A stretch of DNA of 64,000 nt from an uncultured Candidatus Saccharibacteria bacterium (GCA_964618845.1 CAZUCU010000001.1:468-64467), one strand, 5' to 3'; positions 19,004 through 29,138 are shown, counted from the first letter of the stretch. Notes: generated by a model from the sequence alone, not told the origin. Numbers and translations: made by a program.

Positions 19004-19972
19004 ATGAAAAGAAAATTAGTTACAGGTATAAAACCTACTGGAAAGCCCCATCTGGGAAATTATTTTGGGGTTTTAAAAAGATTAAAGTCCTATCAAGAAG
19101 AATATGATTGTCGAATTTTTATTGCTGATTTACATGCTTTGACGTCAGTTTCAAACAAAAAAGAATTGGAAGAAAATATTTTTGATTTAATGGTGATGTA
19201 TTTGGCGATTGGTTTAGATCCTTCCAAAACTATCTTGTATAGACAATCAGATATTTCGCAAGTTTCAGAACTCTCTTGGATTTTTGGTTCGCTTGCAACT
19301 ATGCCATATTTAATGAGATCTCATTCATTCAAAGATGCTGAAGCCAAAAATAAAGAAATTAATGTTGCTACTTTTTCATATCCGCTTTTGATGGCTTCGG
19401 ATATTTTGCTTAGTGATGCGGATGTAGTTCCTATAGGCAAAGATCAAAAACAGCACGTTGAAATCACCAGAGACATGGCAAGAAAATTTAATCAAACTTT
19501 TGGAGAAACCTTCAAAGAACCAGAGGAATTAATAGAAAAAGAAACAGAAACAATTATTGGAACAGATGGACAAAAAATGAGTAAAAGTTATGACAATGTT
19601 ATTCCGCTTTTTGCATCACCTGACGAAATTAAAAAAATTGTAATGAGTATTCCAACCGATTCCAAAGGTATTGATGAGCCAAAAGATCCTGATAATAACC
19701 TGCTTTTTCAAGTTCATTCCATGATACTTATGAGTAATGCTGATAAAAGGGCCCTGCGGGCCAAATATGAGGCTCCTGGGCTTAGTTATAAGGTAGCAAA
19801 AGAAGATTTAATACGAGATTTGGACGCTCTTATTGCACCACTTCGTGCAGAAAAACAAAAACGGGAAGGGAATAGAAGTAAAGTATTAAAGATTTATAAA
19901 AAAGGAGGAGAGAAAATGAAGAAAATTGCGGAGAAAAAGATGGTAGAAATTCGATCTAAAGTTGGGTTGTAG
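19004..19972 (+). CDS. trpS: Tryptophan--tRNA ligase
   Basis: Class I motifs: PTGKPHLGNY (HIGH-like) and KMSKS. 322 aa. Confidence 0.9.
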   Translation: MKRKLVTGIKPTGKPHLGNYFGVLKRLKSYQEEYDCRIFIADLHALTSVSNKKELEENIFDLMVMYLAIGLDPSKTILYRQSDISQVSELSWIFGSLATMPYLMRSHSFKDAEAKNKEINVATFSYPLLMASDILLSDADVVPIGKDQKQHVEITRDMARKFNQTFGETFKEPEELIEKETETIIGTDGQKMSKSYDNVIPLFASPDEIKKIVMSIPTDSKGIDEPKDPDNNLLFQVHSMILMSNADKRALRAKYEAPGLSYKVAKEDLIRDLDALIAPLRAEKQKREGNRSKVLKIYKKGGEKMKKIAEKKMVEIRSKVGL

Positions 19973-19973
19973 A

Positions 19974-20070
19974 CCGTCATTCCCAAAACTATATAGAGAA
20001 TCTACACTTAGTAAAATAATGCTTAAAAAGCACGGACCTCCGATATTGCTTCGGAGGTGACAACTCTTTT
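19974..20070 (+). repeat. Copy A of a roughly 100-bp hairpin-containing repeat element (the second copy is at 45774-45863)
   Basis: Shared blocks CGTCATTCCC, ATGCTTWWAAAG, AAGCRYGGACCYCCGATANNGCTTCGGRGGTGAC. The hairpin at 20036-20058 carries compensatory T-A to C-G changes relative to copy B. Confidence 0.55.
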
Positions 20071-20150
20071 ATATTTCTTTGTTTTAAAACTTCATAAATT
20101 CTTCAACATTTCTTTATCAGGATTTAACCTCTTTTTGATAGCATTGTTCT

Positions 20151-20537
20151 ATGCTAAAGGATTTTGATAGTTGGAATCTAATAAAGAAAAGAATAGACCT
20201 AGAAAATAGGGTACCTATTAGGGTTGGTGAGATATTTTGGTGTAAGCTTGGTCTAAATATTGGTGTTGAACAGAATGGAAACGAAAAAGAATTTACTAGA
20301 CCAGTTATAATTATAAAAAAATTCTCAAATCAAATTGTTTTAATTGCTCCATTAACAACCAAACCCCATAAAGGCAATTGGTATTTAGAAAAAGATATTC
20401 TTGGAATTAAACAACAAATAATCCTAAATCAAATCAAACCAGTTGATGTTAAAAGGTTAACAAAAAGTTTGGGAGAGATATCTGAAAAAGAAGTTCAACT
20501 AATATTATATGAGTATTTTAAATTGCTTATTCTTTAA
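20151..20537 (+). CDS. PemK/MazF-family toxin-like protein (putative endoribonuclease) with no recognisable antitoxin partner
   Basis: GEIFWCKLGLNIGVEQNGNEKEFTRPVIIIK ... IAPLTT resembles the MazF/PemK signature (GxIxxxDxxP...RPxxVxS...xxPxTS). 128 aa. Confidence 0.5.
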   Translation: MLKDFDSWNLIKKRIDLENRVPIRVGEIFWCKLGLNIGVEQNGNEKEFTRPVIIIKKFSNQIVLIAPLTTKPHKGNWYLEKDILGIKQQIILNQIKPVDVKRLTKSLGEISEKEVQLILYEYFKLLIL

Positions 20538-20693
20538 TGTATAAAGACCGCTTGTGGCGGTCTTCGGCTGGGTTACCCCAAACTGTATGTGTCACTATTA
20601 TAACAAAATTATTTTGTCAAAGTCAACAAATGCCCCACAATGGCGAAGCCATCGCGGGGCTATAAATCACAAAATTTTTTGGGCAAAACTTGG

Positions 20694-21659
20694 ATGGATT
20701 ATGTGGGGGAGAGAGAGTTGAAAATTGAAAAACAAGGATTTTTGTGGTATTTTATAGATATGAAAAAGTGGTTTGGCGGTATTATTTTGATAATTATTTG
20801 TATAGCTATTTGGGGTTATATTTTTTATTTACAAAAATCTAAATTTGATTTGGCTTACGTAGACACAAAAGGTCAGGTTTGGCTCAAAGATTTGAATGGT
20901 TTTAAAAAAGACTTGATGGTTGTTGATGAAGCTGATGAGCAAGACACAAAAATAGATACTCCTAGAACTATAAGTGTTTCACCTAATAATAAAATGATCG
21001 CAGTAGATTTATTTAGACAAAATAACTCCGAAAAAGGCGTTGCAATCTATGACATAAAATCAGCAAATATTAAATTTATAACTGAAGGTGAAATAGGTAA
21101 TTTTGCATGGTCCCCTGATTCTAAGTATCTTCTAATGAATTCATATACATATGCAGACAAAATCTACTCAATTGAGTTTGGCGAATTAATTGAATTTCAG
21201 GAAGCTCCAAGATATAGACAAGACGGTGATTACTCAGCAGAAAAGGCATTTTATCGTATGGTAAGTTGGGGAGAATCTGACCGAGCTTATTTTATGAAAA
21301 TAAATTTAAATGATAATAGCCAACAAACTGTCTTATTTAATTTGATTACAAAAGAAGAAAAAGTAGTAGAAGATCTAAAAGAAACATCTTTTGATAAATT
21401 AAAACTAGCTTTTGGTTCTTTCGAGCCAAAACTTCTTGACTCTATGGACAATACCAAAAGTCCAAATGAACCTTTTTATCGTCGTCAAGAAAGACCAGGA
21501 AATAAAACACTTTGTGGATTTGAAAATAAAATAATCTATCCAACAAAATCTTTGAAAGAAATTTTATACAGAGATTATTCTTTGGCTATTTTTGATACTA
21601 AGACACAGAAAACCAAAAGAATCGTTGAAAACATAATAGACTATTCTTGTTTTTGGTAG
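20694..21659 (+). CDS. Membrane-anchored protein with TolB/PD40-like beta-propeller repeats. Start uncertain (20640, 20694 or 20760).
   Basis: TM GIILIIICIAIWGYIFYL. Repeats such as SPNNKMIAVDL and WSPDSKYLLMNSY are typical of PD40 blades. Confidence 0.45.
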   Translation: MDYVGERELKIEKQGFLWYFIDMKKWFGGIILIIICIAIWGYIFYLQKSKFDLAYVDTKGQVWLKDLNGFKKDLMVVDEADEQDTKIDTPRTISVSPNNKMIAVDLFRQNNSEKGVAIYDIKSANIKFITEGEIGNFAWSPDSKYLLMNSYTYADKIYSIEFGELIEFQEAPRYRQDGDYSAEKAFYRMVSWGESDRAYFMKINLNDNSQQTVLFNLITKEEKVVEDLKETSFDKLKLAFGSFEPKLLDSMDNTKSPNEPFYRRQERPGNKTLCGFENKIIYPTKSLKEILYRDYSLAIFDTKTQKTKRIVENIIDYSCFW

Positions 21660-21869
21660 GAGTGGGAGCTGTGTCCCGCGTAACGAAGTGTAGTGGGATT
21701 GAAAATTAAAGAGAAAGAAAGTATAAATATAACTATGAAAAAAACCAAAAAAATGAATTTATAAGAGTTACCACAGAACTTAAAAACGGAGTTTTCGTAA
21801 CTTCAACTTCTACAATTGACCGTTAACGAACCCTTCCATTTGGGCTTATTCCTTCAAAATATAAATTTT

Positions 21870-22118
21870 TTATTTAGTCCATTTTCTAAAAGATTTAATC
21901 ACTGCACCCAAAAGACTTCCTAATATATAAACTACTATAAAACTTATTATGGCTGGAGGAAGAACGGTTGAAATAATAATCTTATAATAATTCCATAGAT
22001 TCTCAGCACAAGAAAATTCACAAATTATTGTGCTGTCATAAACAATATATTTTCTTCTTAATTCTAACTTTCTAAATGCCCAAATGTCTGTTAAAATAAG
22101 CCTATAAATATGACACAA
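21870..22118 (-). CDS. Possible small membrane protein
   Basis: 82-aa ORF with a hydrophobic segment. No homology recognised. Could be spurious. Confidence 0.2.
   Translation of the reverse strand: MCHIYRLILTDIWAFRKLELRRKYIVYDSTIICEFSCAENLWNYYKIIISTVLPPAIISFIVVYILGSLLGAVIKSFRKWTK
22087..22098 (+). promoter_or_regulatory. TCTGTTAAAATA extended -10-like motif upstream of scpA
   Basis: Member of the recurrent motif family. Confidence 0.4.
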
Positions 22119-22123
22119 GATTA

Positions 22124-22861
22124 ATGACAGAAAATTATAAAATCAAAACCGAAAAGTTTGAAGGACCCCTTGATATACTTTTGGATATGATTGAGAGGAG
22201 AAAACTTCTAATCAATGATTTTTCTCTTTCAAAAATTACAGATGATTTTATAGATTATATTTCTAATTTAGGAAAAATATCCGCTTCCAAGATTTCAGAT
22301 TTTTTGGTTGTTGCTTCAACTCTAATTTTAATTAAATCTCGGTCTCTTTTACCCACTTTAACATTAGGTGGAGATGAAGAAAAAGATATACAAGATTTAG
22401 GGATAAGATTAAATATTTTAAAAATTATAAAAGAAATTTCAATTTTTGTGGAATCGTCTTTTCAAAAGATAATCAGATTCCCCAAAAGACAAATCAAAAT
22501 CTTAAAACCAAAATTTTCACCCACAAAAGAATTAAACTCTCATAACATGAGAATTATAATGCTCAGTATCATAAATACATTTCCTTCCTTTGAGGAAAAA
22601 AAAGAAGCAAGAATCAAAAAAACTATATCTTTAGAAGATACAATGAATAAGTTGATAAACAGAATAAGAAGTCATACCTCGATGTCTTTTTTTGAATTTT
22701 CTGGAAAAAAGACCAGAACAGAAAAAATAAATATTTTGGTAAGTTTCTTGGCTGTGTTAGAGTTGGTAAAAAGAGGCCTATTAAAGGCTAATCAAAGTAA
22801 CAAATATCATGATATTAATCTTGAATCAAACGAAATTAACATACCAAAATTTGGAATATGA
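22124..22861 (+). CDS. scpA: Segregation and condensation protein A
   Basis: N-terminal FEGPLDILLDMIERRKLLINDFSL is the ScpA signature. Followed by scpB. Confidence 0.8.
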   Translation: MTENYKIKTEKFEGPLDILLDMIERRKLLINDFSLSKITDDFIDYISNLGKISASKISDFLVVASTLILIKSRSLLPTLTLGGDEEKDIQDLGIRLNILKIIKEISIFVESSFQKIIRFPKRQIKILKPKFSPTKELNSHNMRIIMLSIINTFPSFEEKKEARIKKTISLEDTMNKLINRIRSHTSMSFFEFSGKKTRTEKINILVSFLAVLELVKRGLLKANQSNKYHDINLESNEINIPKFGI

Positions 22862-23403
22862 GTGAATTAGATAAAAAAATAGAAGCATTAATTTTTTATA
22901 AAGGGGAAGAAATAACTTTCAAAGAGCTTTCAAATATTTTGGAAGTCAGCGAAGAAGAAATAAAAAATGGCGTTTTAAATATCAAAGAAAAAAATAAATA
23001 TTCAGGGATAAAAATTTTGACAACAGACAATTCGGTTATGTTTACAACAGGTGAGGAAATTGCTCCAATAATAGAAAAATTAGAAAAAGAAGAATATGAA
23101 AAAGAATTATCCAAAGCATCACTTGAAACTTTAACAATTATTCTTTATCGCGGACCAATAAAAAAAAGCATGGTTGATTATATAAGAGGAGCAAACTCTC
23201 AATTTACTCTTCGAAATTTATTAATCAAAGGTTTAATCGAAAAAGAAACGGATCCCAAAGACGAGAGGTCTTATCTTTATAAACCAACAATTGAACTTTT
23301 GCGATATATGAATATTTCTAATATCAAAGAATTACAAGAATATAAAGAAATAAATGAAAAAATTGATAGTTTTATTAAAAATTCAGAAAAAGAAAATGGA
23401 TGA
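22858..23403 (+). CDS. scpB: Segregation and condensation protein B
   Basis: IEALIFYKGEEITFKELSNIL ... LETLTIILYRGPIKKSMVDYIRG are the ScpB winged-helix blocks. Overlaps the scpA stop. Confidence 0.8.
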   Translation: MSELDKKIEALIFYKGEEITFKELSNILEVSEEEIKNGVLNIKEKNKYSGIKILTTDNSVMFTTGEEIAPIIEKLEKEEYEKELSKASLETLTIILYRGPIKKSMVDYIRGANSQFTLRNLLIKGLIEKETDPKDERSYLYKPTIELLRYMNISNIKELQEYKEINEKIDSFIKNSEKENG

Positions 23404-24328
23404 ACAAGAAAAAAAACAGAATAGAGATTTGTTTATACTTTTTTTATTTTTTTTGATTCCGCTTTTGATCCTTGCCTTCTCATTAATAATTAAGAATCCA
23501 AAAAATATAAATGAAGAAGCGACGAATAAAAATCAAAAAGAATATGTTTTTGATACAAAAAATATAAAAGCAGAATCAATATTGGTAACCGAACTTAATA
23601 CAGATAAAATTATTTTTAAAAAAAATGAGAAAGAAAAAAGGGCAATAGCTTCAATAACCAAATTGATGACAGTTTTAGTGGCAAGTGAAAAATTATCAAC
23701 CAAAAATATAAATAATATAAAAATAAATGAAAAACATTTAACGGCCTTTGGAGACTCAGGGTTATTGGTAGGACAAGTATGGAAGGTCAAAGATTTGATA
23801 GATTTTACTTTAATAACTTCATCAAATGACGGAGCAAAAGCCTTAGCATTATCTGCTTTTGAAAATGATGAAACATTATTTGTAAAAAATATGAATTTGT
23901 TTGCACAAAATTTGGGTTTACAAAATACTCATTTTGTCAATGAAACTGGATTAGATTTAATAGATAAAAATGAAGCAGGGGCCCTATCAACAGCAGAAGA
24001 TATTACTAAAATATTAAAATTTATTGTATTAAACGAAACAGATGTTTTTTCTGAATCAACAAAGGGAAATAAGAGGTTGACAGTCGGAGACAAAAATTAT
24101 GAAATATCAAATACTAGCTCTGCCGTTGATATGCTTCCAGGAGCTATTATATCCAAAACAGGGTATACAGACCTCGCAGGAGGAAATTTAGCAATAGTAA
24201 TTGATTTTGGGCTTAATAACCCTATATCCATAGTCATTTTAGGTTCTACAATGGAAGATAGAGATCAGGATATCATTAATTTATACAACCAAACAGCTAA
24301 TTATTATGCTAAAAATATCAGGAAATAA
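23354..24328 (+). CDS. dacA: D-alanyl-D-alanine carboxypeptidase (PBP5/6-like, S11 family). The true start is probably at 23398.
   Basis: SITK (SxxK), SSND (SxN) and KTGYT (KTG) motifs in the correct order. N-terminal TM. Confidence 0.8.
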   Translation: MKKLIVLLKIQKKKMDEQEKKQNRDLFILFLFFLIPLLILAFSLIIKNPKNINEEATNKNQKEYVFDTKNIKAESILVTELNTDKIIFKKNEKEKRAIASITKLMTVLVASEKLSTKNINNIKINEKHLTAFGDSGLLVGQVWKVKDLIDFTLITSSNDGAKALALSAFENDETLFVKNMNLFAQNLGLQNTHFVNETGLDLIDKNEAGALSTAEDITKILKFIVLNETDVFSESTKGNKRLTVGDKNYEISNTSSAVDMLPGAIISKTGYTDLAGGNLAIVIDFGLNNPISIVILGSTMEDRDQDIINLYNQTANYYAKNIRK

Positions 24329-24349
24329 TCTTTAGTTTTTTTTATTTTT

Positions 24350-24361
24350 TCTGTTAAAATA
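24350..24361 (+). promoter_or_regulatory. TCTGTTAAAATA extended -10-like motif, 6 nt upstream of the mraY ATG
   Basis: 19-nt near-identity with the motif at 5161-5179 (TTTTCTGTTAWAATARCCT). Confidence 0.45.
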
Positions 24362-24367
24362 ACCTCC

Positions 24368-25438
24368 ATGACAATAGATATAATAAAAATTTTAATACCA
24401 GCAATATTAGCATTTTTTGTTGGGATAGGAATTACTCCCACTATTACCAATTATCTTTATAAAAATAAGATGTGGAAAAAGAAGGCAAAGACAGTTACGA
24501 TTGATGGTAGGGAAGCAACAGTTTTTAATTCTTTACACAAAGAAAAAGAAGTTAATACACCAAGACTTGGTGGAACCGTAATTTGGATCTCTGCGTTGAT
24601 TGCTACTCTTATAATATGGTTAATAGCAAGAATAACTTCAATAGATGTTTTTGAGAAACTTGAATTTGTCTCCAGAAATCAAACATGGATTCCATTTTTT
24701 ACTTTACTTTTTGGAGCTGGCATTGGTGCAGTTGATGATATTTTGGAAATAAAAGGTATTGGCGGGCACATCGCTGGGGGTTTGTCTCTCAAAAAAAGAT
24801 TAGTTTTTGTTGGGATTGTAGGATTAATAATAAGTTTATGGTTTTTTATAAAATTAGAGGTCTCTTCTATATTTTTACCATTTTGGGGGTATAAAGAAAT
24901 TGGGTGGTTATTTGTTCCTTTTTTTATAATTGTTATGTTACTTATTTATTCAGGTGGTATTATAGATGGAATTGATGGATTATCTGGAGGAATTTTTGCA
25001 ATTGCTTTTGCTGCTTATGGTGTAATTGCATTATCAAATACTCAAATAGATTTAGCCACTTTTTGTGTATTGATAGTTGGGTCTATTCTTGCTTTTTTGT
25101 GGTTTAATATACCGCCCGCCCGTTTTTATATGTCAGAAACAGGATCAATGGCGCTCACTATGACATTGACGGTTGTTGCATTTATGACTGATTATTTAGG
25201 AAAGGGGAGGGGCCTTATTGTTCTTCCTCTTATTGCTCTTCCACTTATATTAACCACCCTGTCTGTTATTGTTCAATTATTATCCAAAAAATTTAGAGGA
25301 AAAAAAATATTTTTGTCTACTCCTATACATCATCACTTTGAAGCAATTGGTTGGCCTGCCTACAAAGTAACAATGCGATATTGGATTTTTTCTATAGTAT
25401 TTGCAACTATTGGTGTAATTTTTGCCATAATAAAATAA
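24368..25438 (+). CDS. mraY: Phospho-N-acetylmuramoyl-pentapeptide transferase
   Basis: GGIIDGIDGLSGG motif. Multi-TM. 356 aa. Confidence 0.9.
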   Translation: MTIDIIKILIPAILAFFVGIGITPTITNYLYKNKMWKKKAKTVTIDGREATVFNSLHKEKEVNTPRLGGTVIWISALIATLIIWLIARITSIDVFEKLEFVSRNQTWIPFFTLLFGAGIGAVDDILEIKGIGGHIAGGLSLKKRLVFVGIVGLIISLWFFIKLEVSSIFLPFWGYKEIGWLFVPFFIIVMLLIYSGGIIDGIDGLSGGIFAIAFAAYGVIALSNTQIDLATFCVLIVGSILAFLWFNIPPARFYMSETGSMALTMTLTVVAFMTDYLGKGRGLIVLPLIALPLILTTLSVIVQLLSKKFRGKKIFLSTPIHHHFEAIGWPAYKVTMRYWIFSIVFATIGVIFAIIK

Positions 25439-25464
25439 ATCAAAATTTTGTTATAATCTTATAA

Positions 25465-26565
25465 ATGTATAATAAAATTAAAGTTGAAAAATATTTTTTA
25501 TGGACTGTAATAATACTTACTCTTTTTGGTTTTTTAATTTTTTATTCAGCTTCAACAGGATTAGCCGCCAAAGAAAATTTAAATTTTTATTCTAGAATAA
25601 TAAATCAATTTACAATAGGTATACTGGGGGGGCTATTTTTGATGTTTATTTTTTATAAAATTATTAATAATGATTTTATAAAGAAACACGCTATTATCTT
25701 GTTTTTAATTTCTTTCACATTAAATCTTGTTGTTTTTATTCCTGGAGTTGGAATAGAACACGGTGGATCTATAAGATGGATTGATTTTAAATTTTTTACT
25801 CTTCAGCCTTCAGAATTATTAAAAATAACTTCCATAATTTTTTTTGCTTCATGGATTAATTATCATAAAGAAAAGATCAAAAAAAACTTTTTTTCTATAA
25901 TATCCTTATGTGTGCTAATTCTTTTAATTTCCATCCCATTGATATTTCAGAGAGATTTTGACACAATATTTTTAATCACGGTACCAATTTGTGCAATGTA
26001 TTTAGTAGCAAAGGCCCCGTTTAAACATTTTTTGTTATTTTTATCTTTACCAATAATTTTAGGGTTAATTTTATTTTTTACAGTACCCCATATAAATTCC
26101 AGAATAATGGGTTTCCTAAATCAAAGTGAAGATGGACAAACAATAAATTATCAAACTCAACAATCGCAAATCGCAATTGGTTCTGGTGGAATTTTTGGCA
26201 AAGGATTAGGAAAAAGTACTCAAAAATTTGGAGCGTTACCTGAACCCACAAGTGATTCTGTTTTTGCAGTTTTAGCAGAAGAGACTGGTCTGATTGGTGC
26301 GACTTTCATTTTAATTTTATATTTTTTACTTATTGTGTTTGGATATAAAATCGCCTTGAACTCTAAAAATATATATGGTTCTCTATTTACTTTTGGGGTT
26401 ATGACATTAATTGCTACACAATCTATTATGAATATTGCTTCGATGGTTGGTTTGTTTCCAATTACTGGACAACCTTTAGTTTTTGTTTCTCATGGAGGTA
26501 CCTCCCTTCTTGTGACACTTGCTTCAATGGGAATGATTTTAAATATATCCAAAAAAGAAAAATAA
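25465..26565 (+). CDS. ftsW: SEDS-family peptidoglycan polymerase (FtsW/RodA)
   Basis: 10-TM SEDS topology with conserved blocks. Sits between mraY and murG, as in division and cell-wall gene clusters. Confidence 0.8.
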   Translation: MYNKIKVEKYFLWTVIILTLFGFLIFYSASTGLAAKENLNFYSRIINQFTIGILGGLFLMFIFYKIINNDFIKKHAIILFLISFTLNLVVFIPGVGIEHGGSIRWIDFKFFTLQPSELLKITSIIFFASWINYHKEKIKKNFFSIISLCVLILLISIPLIFQRDFDTIFLITVPICAMYLVAKAPFKHFLLFLSLPIILGLILFFTVPHINSRIMGFLNQSEDGQTINYQTQQSQIAIGSGGIFGKGLGKSTQKFGALPEPTSDSVFAVLAEETGLIGATFILILYFLLIVFGYKIALNSKNIYGSLFTFGVMTLIATQSIMNIASMVGLFPITGQPLVFVSHGGTSLLVTLASMGMILNISKKEK

Positions 26566-26605
26566 TTTATTTTATAATAATCAATTTTTTTGGTAGAATA
26601 AAAGC

Positions 26606-27733
26606 ATGAAGATTATTTTTACGGGAGGCGGTTCTGGGGGTCATTTTTATCCAATAATAGCAATAGCCCAGGAACTTAGAAAATTAATAAAAGAAGAAAA
26701 ATTAGTTGACCCAATTTTGTATTTTCTGGCACCCGATCCTTATGATAAAGGAATATTATTTGACAATGGAATAATTTACAAAAAAATATTTTCTGGGAAA
26801 AAAAGATTGTATCCTTCATTCTTAAATTTTCTCGATAAAATTAAACTCGCAATTGGTGTGTTACAAGCAATGTGGATGGTTTTTTGGATTTATCCTGATA
26901 TTGTTTTTAGCAAAGGGGGTTTTGGTAGCATTCCCGTCGTCTTTGTAAGTAAATTACTTAAAATTCCAATTGTCATACATGAATCAGATAGTGCTCCAGG
27001 CAGAGCAAATCAGTGGGCCAGTAAATTTGCAGAAAAAATTGCAATTTCTTATCCAGAAGCAGCAAATTATTTTGATAAAGAAAAAGTTGCCTGGACGGGT
27101 CATCCTGTAAGAGATGAAATAAAAGTACCAACAAAAGAAGGCGGGCACGAATATTTGGGTTTTGATAAAAATATACCAACTCTCTTTATATTAGGTGGTT
27201 CCTCAGGGTCACAAACTATTAATGACAAAATTGTTGATGTCTTACCAGAGTTGGTAAAAAAATATCAAATTATTCACCAAGTCGGAAAGAAAAATTTAAA
27301 GGAAATGAGAGAAACAACAAATTTAGTGTTAAATGATTCTTTATTTGGTAATCGCTACAAAATTTTTGATTATTTAAGTAATTTAGGAATTAAAATGGCT
27401 TCTGGAGCTACAGATTTAATAATATCTCGAGCAGGTTCAACTATTTTTGAAATAGCATCGTGGGGAAAGCCAAGTATCATTATTCCAATAACAGAATCTA
27501 ATAATGATCACCAGAGAAAGAATGCTTATAACTATTTAAGAGCAGGAGCTTGTGTGGTAATTGAAGAAAATAATTTAACCTCAGAAATATTGCTCTCAGA
27601 AATAGAAAGATTATTAACAAATCAAGTTTTATTAAAAGAGATGTCAGAAAGGGCTCTATCTTTTGTAAAACCAAATGCAAGTTATTTGATAGCTAAAGAA
27701 ATTATTGATACATTAATAAGACATGAATCATAG
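26606..27733 (+). CDS. murG: Undecaprenyldiphospho-muramoylpentapeptide beta-N-acetylglucosaminyltransferase
   Basis: IIFTGGGSGGHFYPIIAIAQEL N-terminal G-loop of MurG. 375 aa. Confidence 0.85.
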   Translation: MKIIFTGGGSGGHFYPIIAIAQELRKLIKEEKLVDPILYFLAPDPYDKGILFDNGIIYKKIFSGKKRLYPSFLNFLDKIKLAIGVLQAMWMVFWIYPDIVFSKGGFGSIPVVFVSKLLKIPIVIHESDSAPGRANQWASKFAEKIAISYPEAANYFDKEKVAWTGHPVRDEIKVPTKEGGHEYLGFDKNIPTLFILGGSSGSQTINDKIVDVLPELVKKYQIIHQVGKKNLKEMRETTNLVLNDSLFGNRYKIFDYLSNLGIKMASGATDLIISRAGSTIFEIASWGKPSIIIPITESNNDHQRKNAYNYLRAGACVVIEENNLTSEILLSEIERLLTNQVLLKEMSERALSFVKPNASYLIAKEIIDTLIRHES

Positions 27734-29138
27734 AAAACAGCCAGAAGAAAACAGCGAGAAAAGAAAAGCAAAGAAGAGTTTTTTTTCCTTTTTCCGTTCT
27801 TTTTTTTTGGTAAAGAAAGAAGCTCCAGTCATAGTTAGAATTGCCCCATCTCCAACAGGAAATTTACATATAGGAACGGCACGAACCGCTTTATTTAATT
27901 ATCTATTTGCCAAACAAAATAATGGAAAATTTGTTCTAAGAATTGAAGATACAGACAAAGAAAGAAGCAAAAAAGAATACGAAGAAAATATAATTGAAGG
28001 CTTAAAATGGCTTGGAATTTCTTGGGACGAATTTTACAGACAAAGTGAAAGGGGAGAAATATATAAAAAATATTTGAAAAGATTGATTGATGAAAAAAAA
28101 GCTTATATTTCAAGAGAAACCCCCAAAGAAGAAAGCCAGAGGAGCGAGGTTATTAGATTTAGAAATCCAAATAAAAAAATAAAGTTTAAAGATATCATAA
28201 GGGGAGAAATAGAATTTGATACTACAGAATTAGGAGATTTTGTAATTGCTAAATCAGTAGATGAGCCGATTTTTCATTTTGCTGTGGTTGTTGATGACTA
28301 TGAAATGAAAATTACTCATGTAATAAGGGGTGAAGATCATATCTCTAATACACCAAGACAAATATTGATACAAGAAGCAATTAGGGCTCCAAGACCTCTT
28401 TATGCCCACATGCCATTAACTTTAAATAAACAAAGAGCAAAATTATCAAAAAGAGATGGTGTAATGTCTATAAATGAGTTTAAAGAGATGGGATATTTAC
28501 CAGAAGCTTTTATAAATTTTTTGGCAATGCTTGGTTGGGCACCCAAAGATGATAGAGAACTGTTTACTTTGGAAGAACTCAAAAAAGAATTTAAATTAGA
28601 GGATTTACAAAAAGGAGGAGCAATTTTTAATATTGAAAAATTAGATTGGTTCAATAAAGAATGGATTAAAAAAATGGATAATCAATATCTCAAAAAAATA
28701 ATATTAGAAAAAGCTAAAAATATTAAAGAAGATGTTTTGGATAGATCTTTACCAGAAATAAAAGGGCGCATTGAAAAAATTAAGGATCTGGAAAAACTAT
28801 TTCAGATAGGTGGGGAATTTGAATATTTAATAATCTTGTCATCATATAAAAAAGAAAAATTAAATTGGAAAAACAATCCAAATGAAATTACCAAAAAACA
28901 TTTACAAAAAATATTAAGCTTGGTTGGAACAATTTTAATTGATGATTTTGAAATTGAAAAAATTAAAACAGAAATATTTAACTATGCCAATAAAGAGGGG
29001 AGGGGTGATGTTTTGTGGCCATTTCGTTTTGCATTATCAGGAAAAGACAAATCTATAGATCCATTCACACTAAGTTATATTTTAGGAAAAAATGAAACAA
29101 TAAATAGACTTGAAAATGCAATTACAAAATTGGGATAA
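27723..29138 (+). CDS. gltX: Glutamate--tRNA ligase
   Basis: RIAPSPTGNLHIGTARTALFNY (HIGH) and KLSKR (KMSKS). 471 aa. Confidence 0.9.
   Translation: MNHRKQPEENSEKRKAKKSFFSFFRSFFLVKKEAPVIVRIAPSPTGNLHIGTARTALFNYLFAKQNNGKFVLRIEDTDKERSKKEYEENIIEGLKWLGISWDEFYRQSERGEIYKKYLKRLIDEKKAYISRETPKEESQRSEVIRFRNPNKKIKFKDIIRGEIEFDTTELGDFVIAKSVDEPIFHFAVVVDDYEMKITHVIRGEDHISNTPRQILIQEAIRAPRPLYAHMPLTLNKQRAKLSKRDGVMSINEFKEMGYLPEAFINFLAMLGWAPKDDRELFTLEELKKEFKLEDLQKGGAIFNIEKLDWFNKEWIKKMDNQYLKKIILEKAKNIKEDVLDRSLPEIKGRIEKIKDLEKLFQIGGEFEYLIILSSYKKEKLNWKNNPNEITKKHLQKILSLVGTILIDDFEIEKIKTEIFNYANKEGRGDVLWPFRFALSGKDKSIDPFTLSYILGKNETINRLENAITKLG

Noticed and set aside
19974-20150. Type III toxin-antitoxin (ToxIN-like) RNA antitoxin upstream of the PemK-like gene
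   Set aside because: The upstream region contains a single hairpin element, not the tandem 30-40-nt repeats characteristic of ToxI-type RNA antitoxins.
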